Assembly (NCBI RefSeq): GCF_004010195.1
Contig: NC_057757.1
Location: 9,915,768-9,979,767 of the forward strand
Direction: 5' to 3'
DNA length: 64,000 nucleotides
Source: Chiloscyllium plagiosum
Lineage: Eukaryota
A program made the translations under genes and the position numbers. This document shows positions 36,928 to 50,280 of this stretch, in pieces. The notes under the pieces were generated by a model, which searched no databases, was not told the DNA's origin, and saw nothing but the letters and a program-made list of their open reading frames with translations. How positions within the stretch are numbered: position 1 is the first letter of the stretch; every line of letters begins with the position of its first letter.

Positions 36928-37072
36928 AGGTTTTGTATCAGATCTTGGTTTTAAATGAACCTGTTTGAGCCACTAGCAGGATCTCCTCCTTTCTTCTTCA
37001 AAATAATACAAGGGGATATTTTGTAATCACAAAGAGGGGGATAATAAGAGCCTCAGTTTATCTCTGTATGTG

Positions 37073-37160
37073 GTAAAAACAATGACTGCAAATGCTGGAA
37101 ACCAGATTCTGGATTAGTGGTGCTGGAAGAGCACAGCAGTTCAGGCAGCATCCAAGGAGC
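37073..37160 (-). mobile_element. 88-bp Penelope family A 3' terminus inserted into a DeuSINE fragment
   Basis: Perfect 14-bp TSD TATCTCTGTATGTG at 37059-37072 and 37161-37174. Confidence 0.85.
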
Positions 37161-37489
37161 TATCTCTGTATGTGTGAACTGCTATCTCTGTCAGTGCAGC
37201 ACACTGCACTCGTACACGCACACTTTGGACTCAGGGGCAAAAAAGTGCTGAGCTGTGACTGATACAACATAGCTGTTCACATGAGACCACATGAGGCAGG
37301 AGACTCCCCTTACGGAACGCTGTGGGAAGCAGGGAAATAGAATCCATCACTTGGATCTGCCAGCTTTTCCCAGTGCAGCCCACTGTGAGATGAGCCTTAC
37401 TCAAGGTGGCACCACACACTTTGGTAACCCCAAGTGGCCCTGTGAAACATAGATGATTTGGAGTTGGGAACCACGTGTAGTGTGTAAAA

Positions 37490-38360
37490 GTTTGCGGATC
37501 ATACTAACATGAGTGGTGGTGCAATGTGTGCAGAGCACTGTGAAACTTTGCAGAGGGACATAGATAGTTTAAGTGAGTGGGCAAAGGTCTGGCAGATGGA
37601 GTACAATGTTAATAAATGTGAAGTCAACTTTTTTGGTAGGAATAACAGTAAAAGGAACTAATGCTTGAATGGCAAAAAGTTGCAGCATGCTGCTGTGCAG
37701 GGGGACCTGGATGTCCTTGTGCATGGATCACAAAAGCTAATTAAGAAGGCAAATGTAATTTTGTCTTTCATTGCAAAAAAGATTGAGTTTAAAAGCAGAG
37801 TGGTTATGTTGCAGCTGTATAGGGTGCTGGGGAGGCTACATCTGGAGTACTGCGGGCAGTTTTGGTCTCCTTACTTGAGAAAGAATGTACTGGCACTAGA
37901 GGGAGTGCAGAGATTCACTAGATTGATTCTGGATTTGAGGGGGTTAGCTTCTGAGGAAGACTGAGTAGACTGGGATTATATTCATTGGAATTTATAAGAA
38001 TGAGGGGGAATCTTATAGAAACATATACAATTATGAAGGAAATAGACAAGATAGAATTAGAGAGGATGTTTCCACTGGTAGGTGAAATTAGGACAAGAGG
38101 GCATACCCTCAAAATTAGAGGGAACAAATTTAAGCCTGAATTGAGAAGGAACGTCTTCACCCAGAGGGTTGTGAATCTGTGAGGTTCCATGCCCAGTGAA
38201 GTAGTTGAGACTTCCTCAGTAAATATTTTTGAAACTAAGATAGAAAATGTTTTGAACAGTAAATGAATGAAGGGTTATGGTGAGTGGGCGGGTAGGTAAA
38301 GCTGTGGCCAGGAAAAGACCAGTCATGGTGACCTACTCTTCTGCTGGTTCTTTGTTCTTA
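37490..38360 (+). mobile_element. CR1 3' fragment
   Basis: KFAD, LEYCGQFWSPYLRK and FTQRVVNL remnants. Confidence 0.9.
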
Positions 38361-41244
38361 TAACCTGATGCCAGGTGGATCACAGACCGAGGGCATTGCT
38401 GGACCCAAGCAATAAATACATGTTTTGCAAAGGTCAGGCTTGAGGCTGGCACACACTCACGTTAACTCAAGGGCCTAGCAATCAAATTACAGACAAGATC
38501 ATTGTTGACTCTTTATTATGTTGTAAAGTTTCAGAAGTGCTCTGGAATTTTCCTGCAGGTTTTTGCATTTGCCAATTTGTCAAGGAGTGTTGCTGCCTCC
38601 TCATGGTGATGTTAAACAGTAGGTGATGTGCCCACACGAAGGATGCAGCTGGTAGGGGTTTGTGCGGGGCAGCAATGCCTCTGGGTCTGCAGCATAACAT
38701 GGAGATGGAACAGAGGCTGCAGAGAGGACCATCTCCTTGCCACCTCTGTGCCAGATTGGCATTTGACTCCTCTATGCTCCTGGACAACTGGAGGTTGCCT
38801 ACCTGACGGGGCAATGTGCCCAACATCTCAGTGTTGATGCCCAACTGTGTTATTCTTTCTGCTGTCCTTCTGACATCCTCAATTGAACCCTCTGTAGCAG
38901 AACTCACTTTGGTCTCTGGACACTAGCAAACAGACCACTCTTTACCCCAGGGGTGGCTGTAGCCCACTCACTTGAGTGACTCACCATAGGCTGATTGCCA
39001 CTCAATATCAGGCAATCAAATAATCACAATGTCTGAGCTGGTGGCTCTGAGTGTCAGATCAAGTGATGGGAGGTTGTGCAGGGTCTCACCATCATTTGGG
39101 GAAGATTGTGATGAGACCAAAGAGGGTAGATAGGAAGCAAAGGGCCCATGGTCACAGATAATCAGCAGCTCATTCATCAAGTTAGCAAGTTCAACATGAA
39201 TATTGGACCTCATCTGCAGCAAATGTCTCTATTTGTAAGGGCTCTTGTGCTGCAGTGGTAATGTTCCCAAATCTAGGTCAGAAAGTCTGGATTCAAATCT
39301 GACCTGCATCATAACATTTTGCAATGGTTTCAATAGAAATACCTATTTTCCTGGCACTTCTGAAGTACATGGGGAGGCTGATAGTTCACCTGTCAGCACC
39401 TAACCTGTTATCAACTGAGTTACTGCTCCCTCAAGTCCCAGAAAATGTAGATTGAGCCTTCCTGTGATTACTCAGGGGAGGTGATGGTCTAGTGGCATTA
39501 TCACTAGCTTGTTAATCCAGTGATCTGGATTCAAATCCTGCCATGGCAGATGGTGGAACTTGAATTCAATTAAAAGGAATTGGAGTCAGACTGCAAGGGG
39601 AGGTGGTCAGTATGGACTTGTGTGAGATACAGGTTGAGGGCAAAGGTTCAGCTGAATTGAGATAGAAAGCTCCTGACCTACTCATCCCTTCTTTTCTTTA
39701 TTTGCATTTCATGTGGTATTTGGAAGATTAACCAGGAAATGCAGACTCAGCCTATCCCTTATTGGAGAACTGGATTGGTAGTCAGAGACATCTCAGGAAA
39801 GGTCTCTTTTCTACTTTTTAGGGACAGTGGGCACAGGAATGTCTGTGCCCAACACACAGCCATGGTCATTATTGATGCCAATGCAGGTCTATCAAGTTTG
39901 GGATAATCTCAGTTTTGACATCAGACCCTGTCAGAGGGTGGGACTCTCCATGTGGCTAACCCAATCAAATATCTCAACTTATCACATTCAGGTGCATGGA
40001 GACCCCATGTACAAGGATGTGCAAATATCAGCAAGAGAGGAAGATCAAGAAAACACAAGGCTAATATTTAATTATCTGCAACATAATGATCCCCCTGTTA
40101 CCATTAATCCACCAGAGAAGACAGGTGACACCAACATGCATTCAAGACAAAGTGTTTGAAAAGGAAACAAAATTTAAAGCTGTTTCCTGGCCAACCTGGG
40201 TTTGCCGCAAACAATATTGATGTCACTTTCGACAAACTTGCAACTCCTTTAGGAAATAAATAAACTGGAAATACTGATCAACGTTTAGGGAGATACTGAA
40301 CAGGCTGGGGCTGTTTTCCCTGGAGCGTCGGAGGCTGAGGGGTGACCTTATGGAGGTTTGCAAAATTATGAGGGGCATGGATAGGATAAATAGGCAAAGT
40401 CTTTTCCCAGGTGGGACTAGACTGGGTTGGGATATCTGGTCAGCATGGACAGGTTGGACAGAAGAGTCTGTTTTCGTGCTGTACATCTCTATGACTCTAA
40501 GTCATGGTATACATCAGCACCAATGACATAGCTAGGAAAAGGAATGAGGATGCGAAAAGTGAATATAGGGAGTTGGGTTAGAAGCTAAAAGGCAGAATGA
40601 GCAGAGTAGTAATCTCAGGATTGCTACTGGTGACATGGGTTAGTGAGGCTAGGAACAGAGAACGGGTGCAGATGAACATGTAGCTGCAGAGGTGGTGTGG
40701 GAGGGCAGGCTTCAGATATGTGGATCATTGAGTTACGTTCTAGGGAAGGTGGGATCTGTACAAGGAGGACAGGTTACACCTGAACAGGAAGGTACCAATA
40801 TCCTGGTCGGGAGGTTTACTAGAGCTCCTCGGGAGAGTTTAAACTAGTTTGGCAGGGGGTTGGGAATCGGAGCTACTGATTAGAGGGTGGGGTAGCTGAT
40901 GAACAGGCAGATACAGTGTTCAGAGAGTATGTGAGGAAGGATAGACAGTTGGTAGAGCAAAGTCGCCGCTAGTGTGATGGTTTGAAATGTGTCTATTTTA
41001 ATGTAAGAAGAGTCAAGGATGAGGGTGAGGAACTTAAAACATGGATCAGTATTTAGCACTGCGATATTGTGGCCATTATGGAGACTTGGATATCACCAGG
41101 GCAGGAATGATTGTTGGATGCTCCGGGATTTACATGTTTCAAAAGGAATAGGGAGGAGGGTAAAAGAGGTGGGAGTGGCATTGTTAATCAGGGATAGTAT
41201 AACAGCTACAGAAAGAGAGGTTATTAAGGAGGGTTTATCTCAAC

Positions 41245-41410
41245 TAGGCAAAAGTGAGGACTACAGATGCTGGAGATTGGAGTTGAGAGTGTGGTGCTGG
41301 AAAAGCACAGCAGGTCAGGCAGCATACTAAGGAGCAGGAGAATCGACGTTTTAGGCAAAAGCCCTCCATCAGGAATGAGGCTGTGAGGCAAGGGGAGGTG
41401 AGATAAATTA
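41245..41410 (-). mobile_element. Penelope family A 3' fragment at the site of a CR1 internal deletion
   Basis: Tail plus GTGGTGCTGGAAAAGCACAGCAGGTCAGGCAGCAT and a mutated hammerhead core. Confidence 0.8.
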
Positions 41411-42490
41411 AGGAAAACCCCAAGGCATTCTACAGTTGTGTGAGGAACAAGAGGATGGCCTGAGTGAGGGTAGGGCTGATCAGGGAGAGTGGAGGGAACT
41501 TGTGCCTGGAGTCGGAAGAAGTGGGGAGATCCTTAATGAATACTTTGCTTCAGTATTCACCAGTGAGAGGGACCTTATCATTTGTGAAGGCAGCATGAAA
41601 CAGGCTGATATGTTTGAATAGGTTGATGTTAAGAAGGAGAATGCGCTGGAAATTTTGAAAAACATGAATATAGGTAAATCCCCGGGCCAGACAGGTTACT
41701 ACGGGAAACAAGGGAAGAGATTGCTGCACCTTTAGTGGTGATCTTTGCGCCACACTGTCCATTGGAGAAATACCAACTGATAGGAGGGTAGCAAATGTTA
41801 TTCTCTTGTTCAAAAAAGGGAATAGGGATAACGCTGGGGATTATAGACCAGTCAGTCTTATGTAAATTATTGGAGAACATTCCGAGAAACAGGATGTATG
41901 ATTGTTTGGAAAAACATAGTTTGATTTAGCATAGAGATAGTTAGCATGTGGTATATATGGATTTTAGTGAGGTGTTTGATAAAGTTACCCGGCGTAGGCT
42001 CATTCAGAAAGTAAGGAGTCAAGGGATGAAGGAAAATCTGGCTGTCTGGATACAGAATTGGCTGACCCATAGAAGACAGAGAGTGGTGGTAGATGGAAAG
42101 TAATCAGCCTGGAGTTCAGTGACCAGCAGTGTTCTGTAGGAATCTGTTCTGGGACCTCTGCTCTTTGAGACTTTTATAAATGACTTGGATGAGGAAGTGG
42201 AAGGGTGGGTTAGTAAGTTTGCTGGTAATGCGGCTATTAGTGGAGTCGTGGATAGTGTGGAAGGCTATTGTAGGTTGCAATGGGCATTGATAGGATGCAG
42301 AGCTAGGCTGAGAAGTGGCAGATGGAGTTCAACCTGGAAAAGTGTGAAGTGATTCATTTTGGAAGGTCGAATTTGAATGTGGATTACAGGGTTAAAGGCA
42401 GATTCATGGCAATGTGGAGGAACAGAGGGATCTTAGGATATACGTCCATAGATTCCTCAAAGTTGCCACACAAGTTGAGAGGGTTTTTTT

Positions 42491-42797
42491 TAGATTACAT
42501 TACATTACAGTGTGGAAACAGGCCCTTCGGCCCAACAAGTCCACACCGACCCGCCGAAGCGCAACCCGCCTATACCCCTACATTTACCCCTTACCTAACA
42601 CTACGGGCAATTTAGTATGGCCAATTCACCTGACCCTGCACATCTTTGGACTGTGGGAGGAAACAGGAGCACCCGGAGGAAACCCACGCAGAGAGTGGGA
42701 GAACGTGCAAACTCCACACAGTCAGTCGCCTGAGGTGGGAATTGAACCCGGGTCTCTGGTGCTGTGAGGCAGCAGTGCTAACCACTGTGCCACCGTG
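42491..42797 (-). mobile_element. HE1-type V-SINE
   Basis: A and B boxes, V domain and tail. Confidence 0.95.
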
Positions 42798-43894
42798 GCA
42801 TATGGTGTTTTGGCTTTCATTAGTCGGGGTTTAATAACCATGAGGTTATACTGCAGATCTATAAAATCCTGGTTAGACCACACTTGAAATATTGTGATCT
42901 GTCCTGGGCGCCTCATTATAGGAAGGATGTAGAAGCTTGAGAGAGGGTTTAGAGAACATTTACCCAAAGGGCATGTCTTATGAAAAAAGGTTGTGGTAGT
43001 CAGGGTTTTTTTCATTGGAGCAAAGAAGCATTCAAGGTGACTTGATAGACATGTACAAGATGATGAGAGGCAGAGATAGAGTGGATAGCCAGAGACTTTT
43101 TCCCAGGACCGAAATGGCCAAAATGAGGGGGCATAATTTTAAAGGGATTGGAGAAAGATTTAGGGGAGATGTCAGAGGTAGGTTCTTTACACAGAGAATG
43201 GTGGGTGCCTGGAATGCACTGCTAGCAGAGGTAGTAGAGTCAGGTACATTAGGAACATTTAAGCAACTCCTGGAAAGGCACATGGATGATAGTAAAATGA
43301 AAGGTATGTTGATCTTCGAGTGGGATAAATGGTCGGCACAACAGCAATGGCCGAAGGGCCTGTACTGTATTGTACTGTTCTATGTTCAATGTTATCATCA
43401 GGAGCTATGAATTGTTCCACCTCACTGGGCATAGTGCACTGGAAATCAAGATCCACCATTCCCATGTCATCACAAAGCTTAAAGATTTTTAAAAGTACGT
43501 AGAACTCCACAATTAGCCATCTTTCACCCAGGTCACCAAACAGGATGGAGACCAAGCTTCTGTAGTGAACAAGAATGATTATTTATTACAAATGAAAATA
43601 AACTACTAACAACTGTCAGTATATAACTTTACAAGTTAAAATTCTGACCCCTTTGTTAATTCCCTCTTACATGCAGACATACATAGAGACAGACACAGAT
43701 AGAAAGACAAAAAGCGCTCTAATGGTGGAGAGAAAAACAGGGACACAGTGCAGTGATCCCTGCTCACGAGTTTACTGAGACAATTCTTGCGCTGATCAAA
43801 ATGCTGCTTCTCAATGTTCCTTCTCCAAATATCTTTACTTCTTTGCAGGGAGCACAGGGTCACTGGCTCACATCTATAAGGATCTCTGACTTAT

Positions 43895-44865
43895 TAGAGT
43901 CATAGAGATGTACAGCACGGAAACAGACCCTTCAATTCAACTCTCCCATGCTGACCAGGTATCCTAGAGCAATCTATCCCATTTGCCAGCATGTGACCCA
44001 TATCCCTCTCAACCTTTCCAACTCATACACTCATCCAGTTGCCTTTTAAATGTTGCAATTGTACTAACCTCCACCTCTTCTTCCTTCCATACAAAGCACC
44101 ACCCTCTGCATGAAAAAGTTGACTCTTTGATCCCTTTGAAATCTTTCCCCTCTTACCTTAAACCTATGATCTCTGGTTTTGGAGTCCCCTACTCTGGGGA
44201 AAAGACCTTTGCTATTCACCCTATCCATGACCTTCATTATTTTATAAACCTCTTTGAGGTCACCCATCAGCCTCCAATGCTCCAGGGAAAATAGCCCCAG
44301 CCTATTCAGCCTCTCCCTAGAGTGCAAACCCTCCAACCCTGGCAAAATCCTTGTGAATCTTCTCTGGATGCTTTCAAGTTTAACAACATCTTTCCTATAG
44401 CAAGGAAGCCATAATTGCATGAAATTAGATTAGATTAGGTTTTTTTTTTATTAGATTAGATTACATTACAGTGTGGAAACAGGCCCTTCGGCCCAACAAG
44501 TCCACTTCGACCCGCTGAAGCGCAAGCCACCCATACCCCTACATTTACCCATTACCTAACAGTACGGGCAATTTAGCATGGCCAATTCACCTGACCTGCA
44601 CATCTTTGGATTGTGGGAGGAAACCGGAGCACCCAGAGGAAACCCACGCAAACACGGGGAGAATGTGCAAACTCCACACAGTCAGTCGCCTGAGGCGGGA
44701 ATTGAACCCGGGTCTCAGGTGCTGTGAGGCAGTAGTGCTAACCACTGTGCCACCGTGCCGCCCTTTATTCCAAAAGTGGCCTAACCAATGTCTTGTACTG
44801 CTGCAACATGTCCTCCCATCTCCTATTCTCAGTGCACCGACCAATAAAGGCAAGTATACCAAAAG
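43895..44865 (-). mobile_element. CR1 3' fragment
   Basis: ORF 44064..44420 reads WLPCYRKDVVKLESIQRRFTRILPGL. Confidence 0.9.
44426..44763 (-). mobile_element. HE1-type V-SINE, full length
   Basis: Starts GGGCGGCACGGTGGCACAGTGG on minus and ends in a (TAATC)n tail. Confidence 0.95.
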
Positions 44866-45001
44866 TAATTAAGTCACAAGTTAAAGCAACTATTGAAGTG
44901 AAACTAAATTCATTTTTTCAGACTGGAAGTGTTCTCTTTTCTGCACAGAACAGAAACAGACCAATCAGCTAATTGCTACTGGGCAAACATACATTTACAC
45001 A

Positions 45002-45946
45002 TAAGGTAAAAACAATGACTGCAGTTGCTGGAAACCATATTCAGGATTAGAGTGGTGCTGGAAAAGCACAGCAGTTCAGGCAGCATCCGAGGAGCAGGAA
45101 AATCAACGTTTCGGGCAAAAACCCTTCATCAGGAATACAGGCAGAGTGCCTGAAGGGTGGAGAGATAAGTGAGAGGAGGGTGGGGGTGTGGAGAAAGTAG
45201 CATAGAGTACAATAGGTGAGTGAGGAAGGGGATGAAGGTGATAGGTCAGGGCGGAGGGAGGGGGCGTGGAGTGGATAGGTGGAATAGAAGATAGGACAAG
45301 TCATGGGGACAGTGCTGAGCTGGAAGTTTGGAACTGGGGTGAGGTTGGGGAAATGAGGAAACTGTTGAAGTTCACATTGGTGCCTTGGGGTTGAAGTGTT
45401 CTGAGGCAGAAGATGAGGCGTTCTTCCTCCGGGGGTCGGGTGCTGAGGAAGCGGTGGTGAAGGAGACCCAGGACCTGCATGTCCTCGGCTGAGTGGGAGG
45501 GGGAGTTGAAATGTTGGGCCACAGGGCGTGTAGTTGATTGGTGCGGGTGTCCCAGAAATGTTCCCTAAAGCGCTCAGGTAGGAGTCGTCCTGTCTCCCCA
45601 ATGTAGAGGAGACCGCATCTGGAGCAACGGATGCAATAAATGATATTAGTGCAGGTAAAACGTTGATGGATATGGAAGGCTCCTTTTGGTCCTTGGATGG
45701 AGGTGAGGGAGGAGGTGTGAGCGCAGGTTTTGCAATTCCTGAGGTGACAGGGGAAGGTGCCAGGGAGGGTGGGTTGTTGAGGGGACGTGGACCTGACCAG
45801 GTAGTCATGGAGGGAACGGAAGGCGGAAAGGGTGGGGAGGGAAATATATCCCTGGTGGTGGGGTCCGTTTGGACGTGGCGGAAATGTCGTCAGATGTGGT
45901 AAAAACAATGACTGCAGATGCTGGAAACCAGGTAAAAACAATGACC
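45002..45946 (-). mobile_element. Penelope family A element (GIY-YIG domain plus 3' end) with reiterated 3' ends at its 5' junction
   Basis: CHLRNCKTC..IIYCIRCSRCGLLYIGETGRLLPERFREH. 12-bp TSD TACATTTACACA at 44990-45001 and 45947-45958. Confidence 0.92.
45101..45137 (-). ncRNA. Minimal hammerhead ribozyme motif
   Basis: Minus strand TATTC-CTGATGA-A-GGGT TTTT GCCC-GAAA-CGTT-GATT. Confidence 0.65.
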
Positions 45947-46190
45947 TACATTTACACACAGCCCTTGGCTCGAGGTTGTGTGCAGCCACAGTTTGAATAA
46001 GCAGCTATGAACAGCGGTTCCTCTGAGTGCCAGGATACTTGCTTCCAAAACATGCAGTAATCTTTCAGCAATGCTCAGTTATAAAAACAGTTCTTTTCCT
46101 ATTGCAGTCCACAGTCAAAAATGCAGAAAAAGAAAAAGACACCTTGCTATCGGGAAGGATGTTATTAAACTGGAAAGAGTGCAGAAGAAA

Positions 46191-46471
46191 TTAGAATTCT
46201 TACAGTGTGGAAACAGCCCCTTCGGCCCAACAAGTCCACACCGACCCGCAACCCACCCACACATTTACCCCTTCACCTAACACTACGGGCAATTTAGCAT
46301 GGCCAATTCACCTAACCTGCACATCTTTGGACTGTGGGAGGGAACCGGAGTACCCGCACACAGACACGGGAAGAATGTGCAAACTCCACACTGTCGCCTG
46401 AGGCAGGAATTGAACCCAGGTCTCTGGCGCTGTGAGGCAGCAGTGCTAACCACGGTGCCACCGTGCCGCCC
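46191..46471 (-). mobile_element. HE1-type V-SINE
   Basis: A and B boxes and V domain, with small internal deletions. Confidence 0.92.
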
Positions 46472-46842
46472 CGATGTTGCAAGGACTCAACAGTCTGAGT
46501 TATAGGGAGAGGTTGGACAAGCAAGGATATTTTTCTTTAGAATGTAGGAGACTGATGGGAGATCTTATAGAAGTGTTTGAGGTCATGAGAGGCATGGATA
46601 GGGTGAATGTACTCAGTCTTTTTGCCAGGGTTGGGGAATCGAGGACTGGAGGGTATCAGTTTAAGGTCAGAGGGGAAAGAATAAAAGGGAACAGAGGGTG
46701 GTATGCATATGGACTGAGCTGCCAGAGGAAATGGTTGAGGCGGGTACATTAGCAACATTTAAATGGCATTTGGACAAATACATAGATAGGAAAGGATTAG
46801 AAGGATATGGGCCAAGTGCAGGGAAATGGGGTTAGAGTGATT

Positions 46843-47164
46843 TGATTAAGATTAGATTTGATTACATTACAGTGTGGAAACAGGCCCTTCGGCCCAACAA
46901 GTCCACACCGACCCGCCGAAGCGCAAACCACCCATACCCCTACATTTACCCCTTACCTAACACTACGGACAATTTAACATGGCCAATTCACCTAACCTGC
47001 ACATCTTTGGACTGTGGGAGGAAACCGGAGCACCCGGAGGAAACCCACGCAGACACGGGGAGAATGTGCAAACTCCACACAGTCAGTCGCCTGAGGCGGG
47101 AATTGAACCCGGGTCTCTGGCGCTGCGAGGCAGCAGTGCTAACCACTGTGCCACCGTGCCGCCC
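46843..47164 (-). mobile_element. HE1-type V-SINE, young full-length copy
   Basis: CpGs are retained, with a complete head and tail. Confidence 0.95.
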
Positions 47165-47334
47165 AGTGGATGGACATTTTGCTCAGCACAGACCAGTTTG
47201 GGTCAAAGGGCCTGTCTCTGTGCTGTAGGACTCTCTGTGACTCTATGACATGATCTTTACAGGACTGTGGAGGTCCAGGCTCTGATTTCCTCGCCACCAT
47301 TTCACTGACCAGGAATCTTTCCTGCTTTCCTATT

Positions 47335-47925
47335 GATATACCCATCCAGATGTCTGTTAAATGCTGTAGTTGTACCAGCCTCCACTATTTCCTCTGGCAG
47401 CTCATTCCATAAACGCACCATTCTCTGCGTGAAAACATAGCCCCTGAGGTCCCTTTTAAATTATTCCCTTCTCACCGTAAACCTGTGACCTCTACTTTTG
47501 GACTCCTATATTCTGGGGCAAAAAACCTTGGCTATTCACTCTATCCATGCCTCTCATGATTTTATAAACCTCTATAAGGTCACCCCTCAGCCTCTGACGT
47601 TCCAGGGAAAATAGCTTCAGCACATTCAGGCTCTCTCTATATCTCAAGCCCTCCATTCCTGGCAACATCCTTGTAAATCTTTTCTGAACCCTCTAAAGTT
47701 TCACAACATCCTTCCAATAGGAGAGAGACCAGAATTGCACACAATATTCTAAAAGTGGCCTAACCAATGTCCTGTACAGCCATAACATGACATCCCAACT
47801 CCTATACTCAATGCTCTGACCTATAATGGTAAGCATACCAAACACCTTCTTCACTATCCTGTCTACCTGCAACTCCACTTGCACTCCAACGTCTCTTTGT
47901 TTGGCAACACCCCCCAGCACCTTAC
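47335..47925 (-). mobile_element. CR1 fragment
   Basis: LYRTLVRPLLEYCVQFWS. Confidence 0.9.
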
Positions 47926-48197
47926 TTAAGATAATTAATTAAGGTATTGCAGATCCTGTGAGGTTCAACTGATCCTGTTTTTAGGAGCAGACCTATTGCT
48001 GTAGCGTGTTGTCACACCAGGAGTTCCAATCCCTTCTCAAAAGGATAGATTTGCCTGAAAAGCTGCACAAATTCAACAAACAGGAGATGACAAACTTGTA
48101 GCTTTGTGATGTTGTGCTGAACTTGGTCCAATTCTATCATTACAGTTTGTTGAATTTAAATTCAGTTAATAAATATTAAATAAAAAGCTGGTAACTG

Positions 48198-48420
48198 GGA
48201 TAACACGGTGGCTCAGCGCTACCTCACGGTGCCAGGGACCTGGGTTTGATCCCACCCTTGGGCGACTGTCTGTGTGGAGTTTGCACATTCTCTCTGTGAC
48301 TGCGTGAGTTTCCTCCCACAAACCAAAGATGTGCAGGTTAGGTGGATTGGCAATGCTAAATTGCTCAAAGTGTTCAGGGATGTATAGACTAGCTGGATTA
48401 GCCATGGGAAATGCAGGGTT
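48198..48420 (+). mobile_element. V-SINE variant, 3' truncated
   Basis: CACGGTGGCTCAG...GGGTTTGATCCC..GGCGACTGTCTGTGTGGAGTTTGCAC. Confidence 0.8.
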
Positions 48421-50280
48421 AACAAAAAAAAGGACGAAGAAGATGAAATATGAGGGTAAGCTAGCCAGTTACATAAAGAAAGACTATAAGAGTTTCTTTA
48501 GACATATACAGGGCAAAAGAGAGGCAAAAGCAGACATTGGACCACTGGAAAATGACGCAGGAGAGATAGTAATGGGGAACTTGGAAATAGCTGAGGAACG
48601 GAGTAATTACTTCGTGTCTTCACGGTGCAAAACACGAGTAATATCCCCAAAATTCAAGAGAATGAGGGGCAGAGCTGAGTTAGATGGCCATCACCAAGGA
48701 GAAGGTGCTAGAAAAGCTGAATGGCCTGAAGGTGGATAAATCACCTGGACCAAATGCACTACTCCCCAGAGTTCTAAGGGAGATAGCTGAAGAGGCATTA
48801 GTGGTGATCTTTCAGGAATTTCCGGAGCCAGGAGGGTCCCAGAGGACTGGAAAATTGCTAACGTGACACCTTTGTTTAAAAAGGGAATAAGGCAGAAGAC
48901 AGAAAATACAGACCAATTAGCCTAACCTTGGTCGTGGGTAAGATCCTGGAATCCATTGTGAAGGATGAGATTTCTGAACACTTGGAAGTGTACGGTAAAA
49001 TAGGCATGGTTTCATCAAAGGAAGTTCATGCCTGACAAATCTGTTAGAATTCTTTGAGAAAGCAATGAGCAGGTTCGACCAAGAAGAGCCAATGGATGTT
49101 ATCCAGCTGAACTTCAACAAGGTGCCGCACAGGAAGCTGCTGAGTAAGGTAAGGGCTCATAGTGTAAGAGGCAAGGTGTTAGCATGGATAGAAGCTTGGT
49201 TATCTGGCAAAAAGCAGAGAGTAGGGATAAGAGGGACTTTCTCAGAATGGCAGCCAATGACAAGAGGTGCTCTGCAAGGCTCAGTGCACGGACCAGAACT
49301 TTTCACTTTGTACATTAATGGTCTGGATGAAGGAACTGTGGGTATATTGACTAAGTTTGCAGATGATACAAAGATAGGCAGAGGGACATGAAATATTGAG
49401 GCAGCGGTGAGGCTGTAGATGGATTTGGACAGGTTAGGAGAGTGGGCAAAAAAGTGGCAGATGGAATATAATGTGGGAAAGTGTGAGGTCTTGCACTTTG
49501 GTAGGGAGAATAGAAGCATGGACTATTTTCTAAATGGGGAGAAAATTCAGAAATCTGAAGTGCAAAGAGACTTGGGAGTTCTAGTCCTGGAATCTGTCAA
49601 GGTAAACTTGCAGGTTGACTCAGTAGTTAGGAAAGCAAGTGCAATGTTGGCATTTATTTTTAAAAGGACTTAAATATAAAAGCAGGGATGTACTTCTGAG
49701 GCTCTATAAGGCTCTGGTCAGGCCACATTTGGAGTATTGTGTGCAGTTTTGTACCCCATATCTCAGGAAGGATGTACTGCCATGGAGCGTGTTCAGAGGG
49801 GGTTTACAAGAATGGTCCCAGGAATAGAAAGCTCAACATATGAGGAACATTTGAGGACTATGGGTCTATACTCGATGGAGATTAGAAAGATGAAGCGTTC
49901 TAACTAAAACATACAGAATACTGAAGGGCCTGGATAGAATGGATGTTGGGAAAATGTTTCCATTTGTAGGAGGCTAGGATCTGAGGGCACAGCCTCAGAG
50001 TAAAAAGACCTTTTGAAAAGTAGATAAGGAGAAATTTCGTCAGCCAGAGAGTGGTGAATCTATGAAATTGACTGCTACAGAACGCTGTGGAGGCCAAGTC
50101 ACTGAGTATATTTAATGTGGAGATAGATAGGTTCTTGATTGTCAATTAGATCAAGGGTTACCAGGAGAAAGTGGGAGAATGTGGTTGAGAAACTTATCAG
50201 CCATGATTGAATGATGAAGCAGACTTGATGGGCTGAATGGCCTAATTTCTGCTTCTACGTTTTATGGTCTTATGGTTATG
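48421..50280 (+). mobile_element. CR1 ORF2 RT region to the 3' end
   Basis: KSPGPN, YRPISLT, HGFIKGSSCLTNLLEFFE, QGSV.GP.LF.LYIN and KFADDTK motifs with frameshifts. Confidence 0.93.

Larger units (their letters stand above)
40265..43385 (+). mobile_element. Long CR1 (ORF1 esterase end through ORF2 to the 3' end) preceded by a separate CR1 3' end (40265-40500)
   Basis: TNDI..K and LHLN esterase remnants, EN start, KENPKAF, WQMEFNLEKCEV and FFTQRMVGAWNAL. It is interrupted by PLE and SINE insertions. Confidence 0.9.
46142..47250 (+). mobile_element. CR1 3' fragment with two HE1 SINE insertions
   Basis: KDVIKLERVQKK continues as MLQGLNSLSYRERLDK across the first SINE. Confidence 0.9.

Noticed and set aside
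46843..47164. tRNA genes suggested by A and B boxes
   Set aside because: The boxes are the tRNA-derived heads of SINEs, followed by the V domain and a LINE-like tail.
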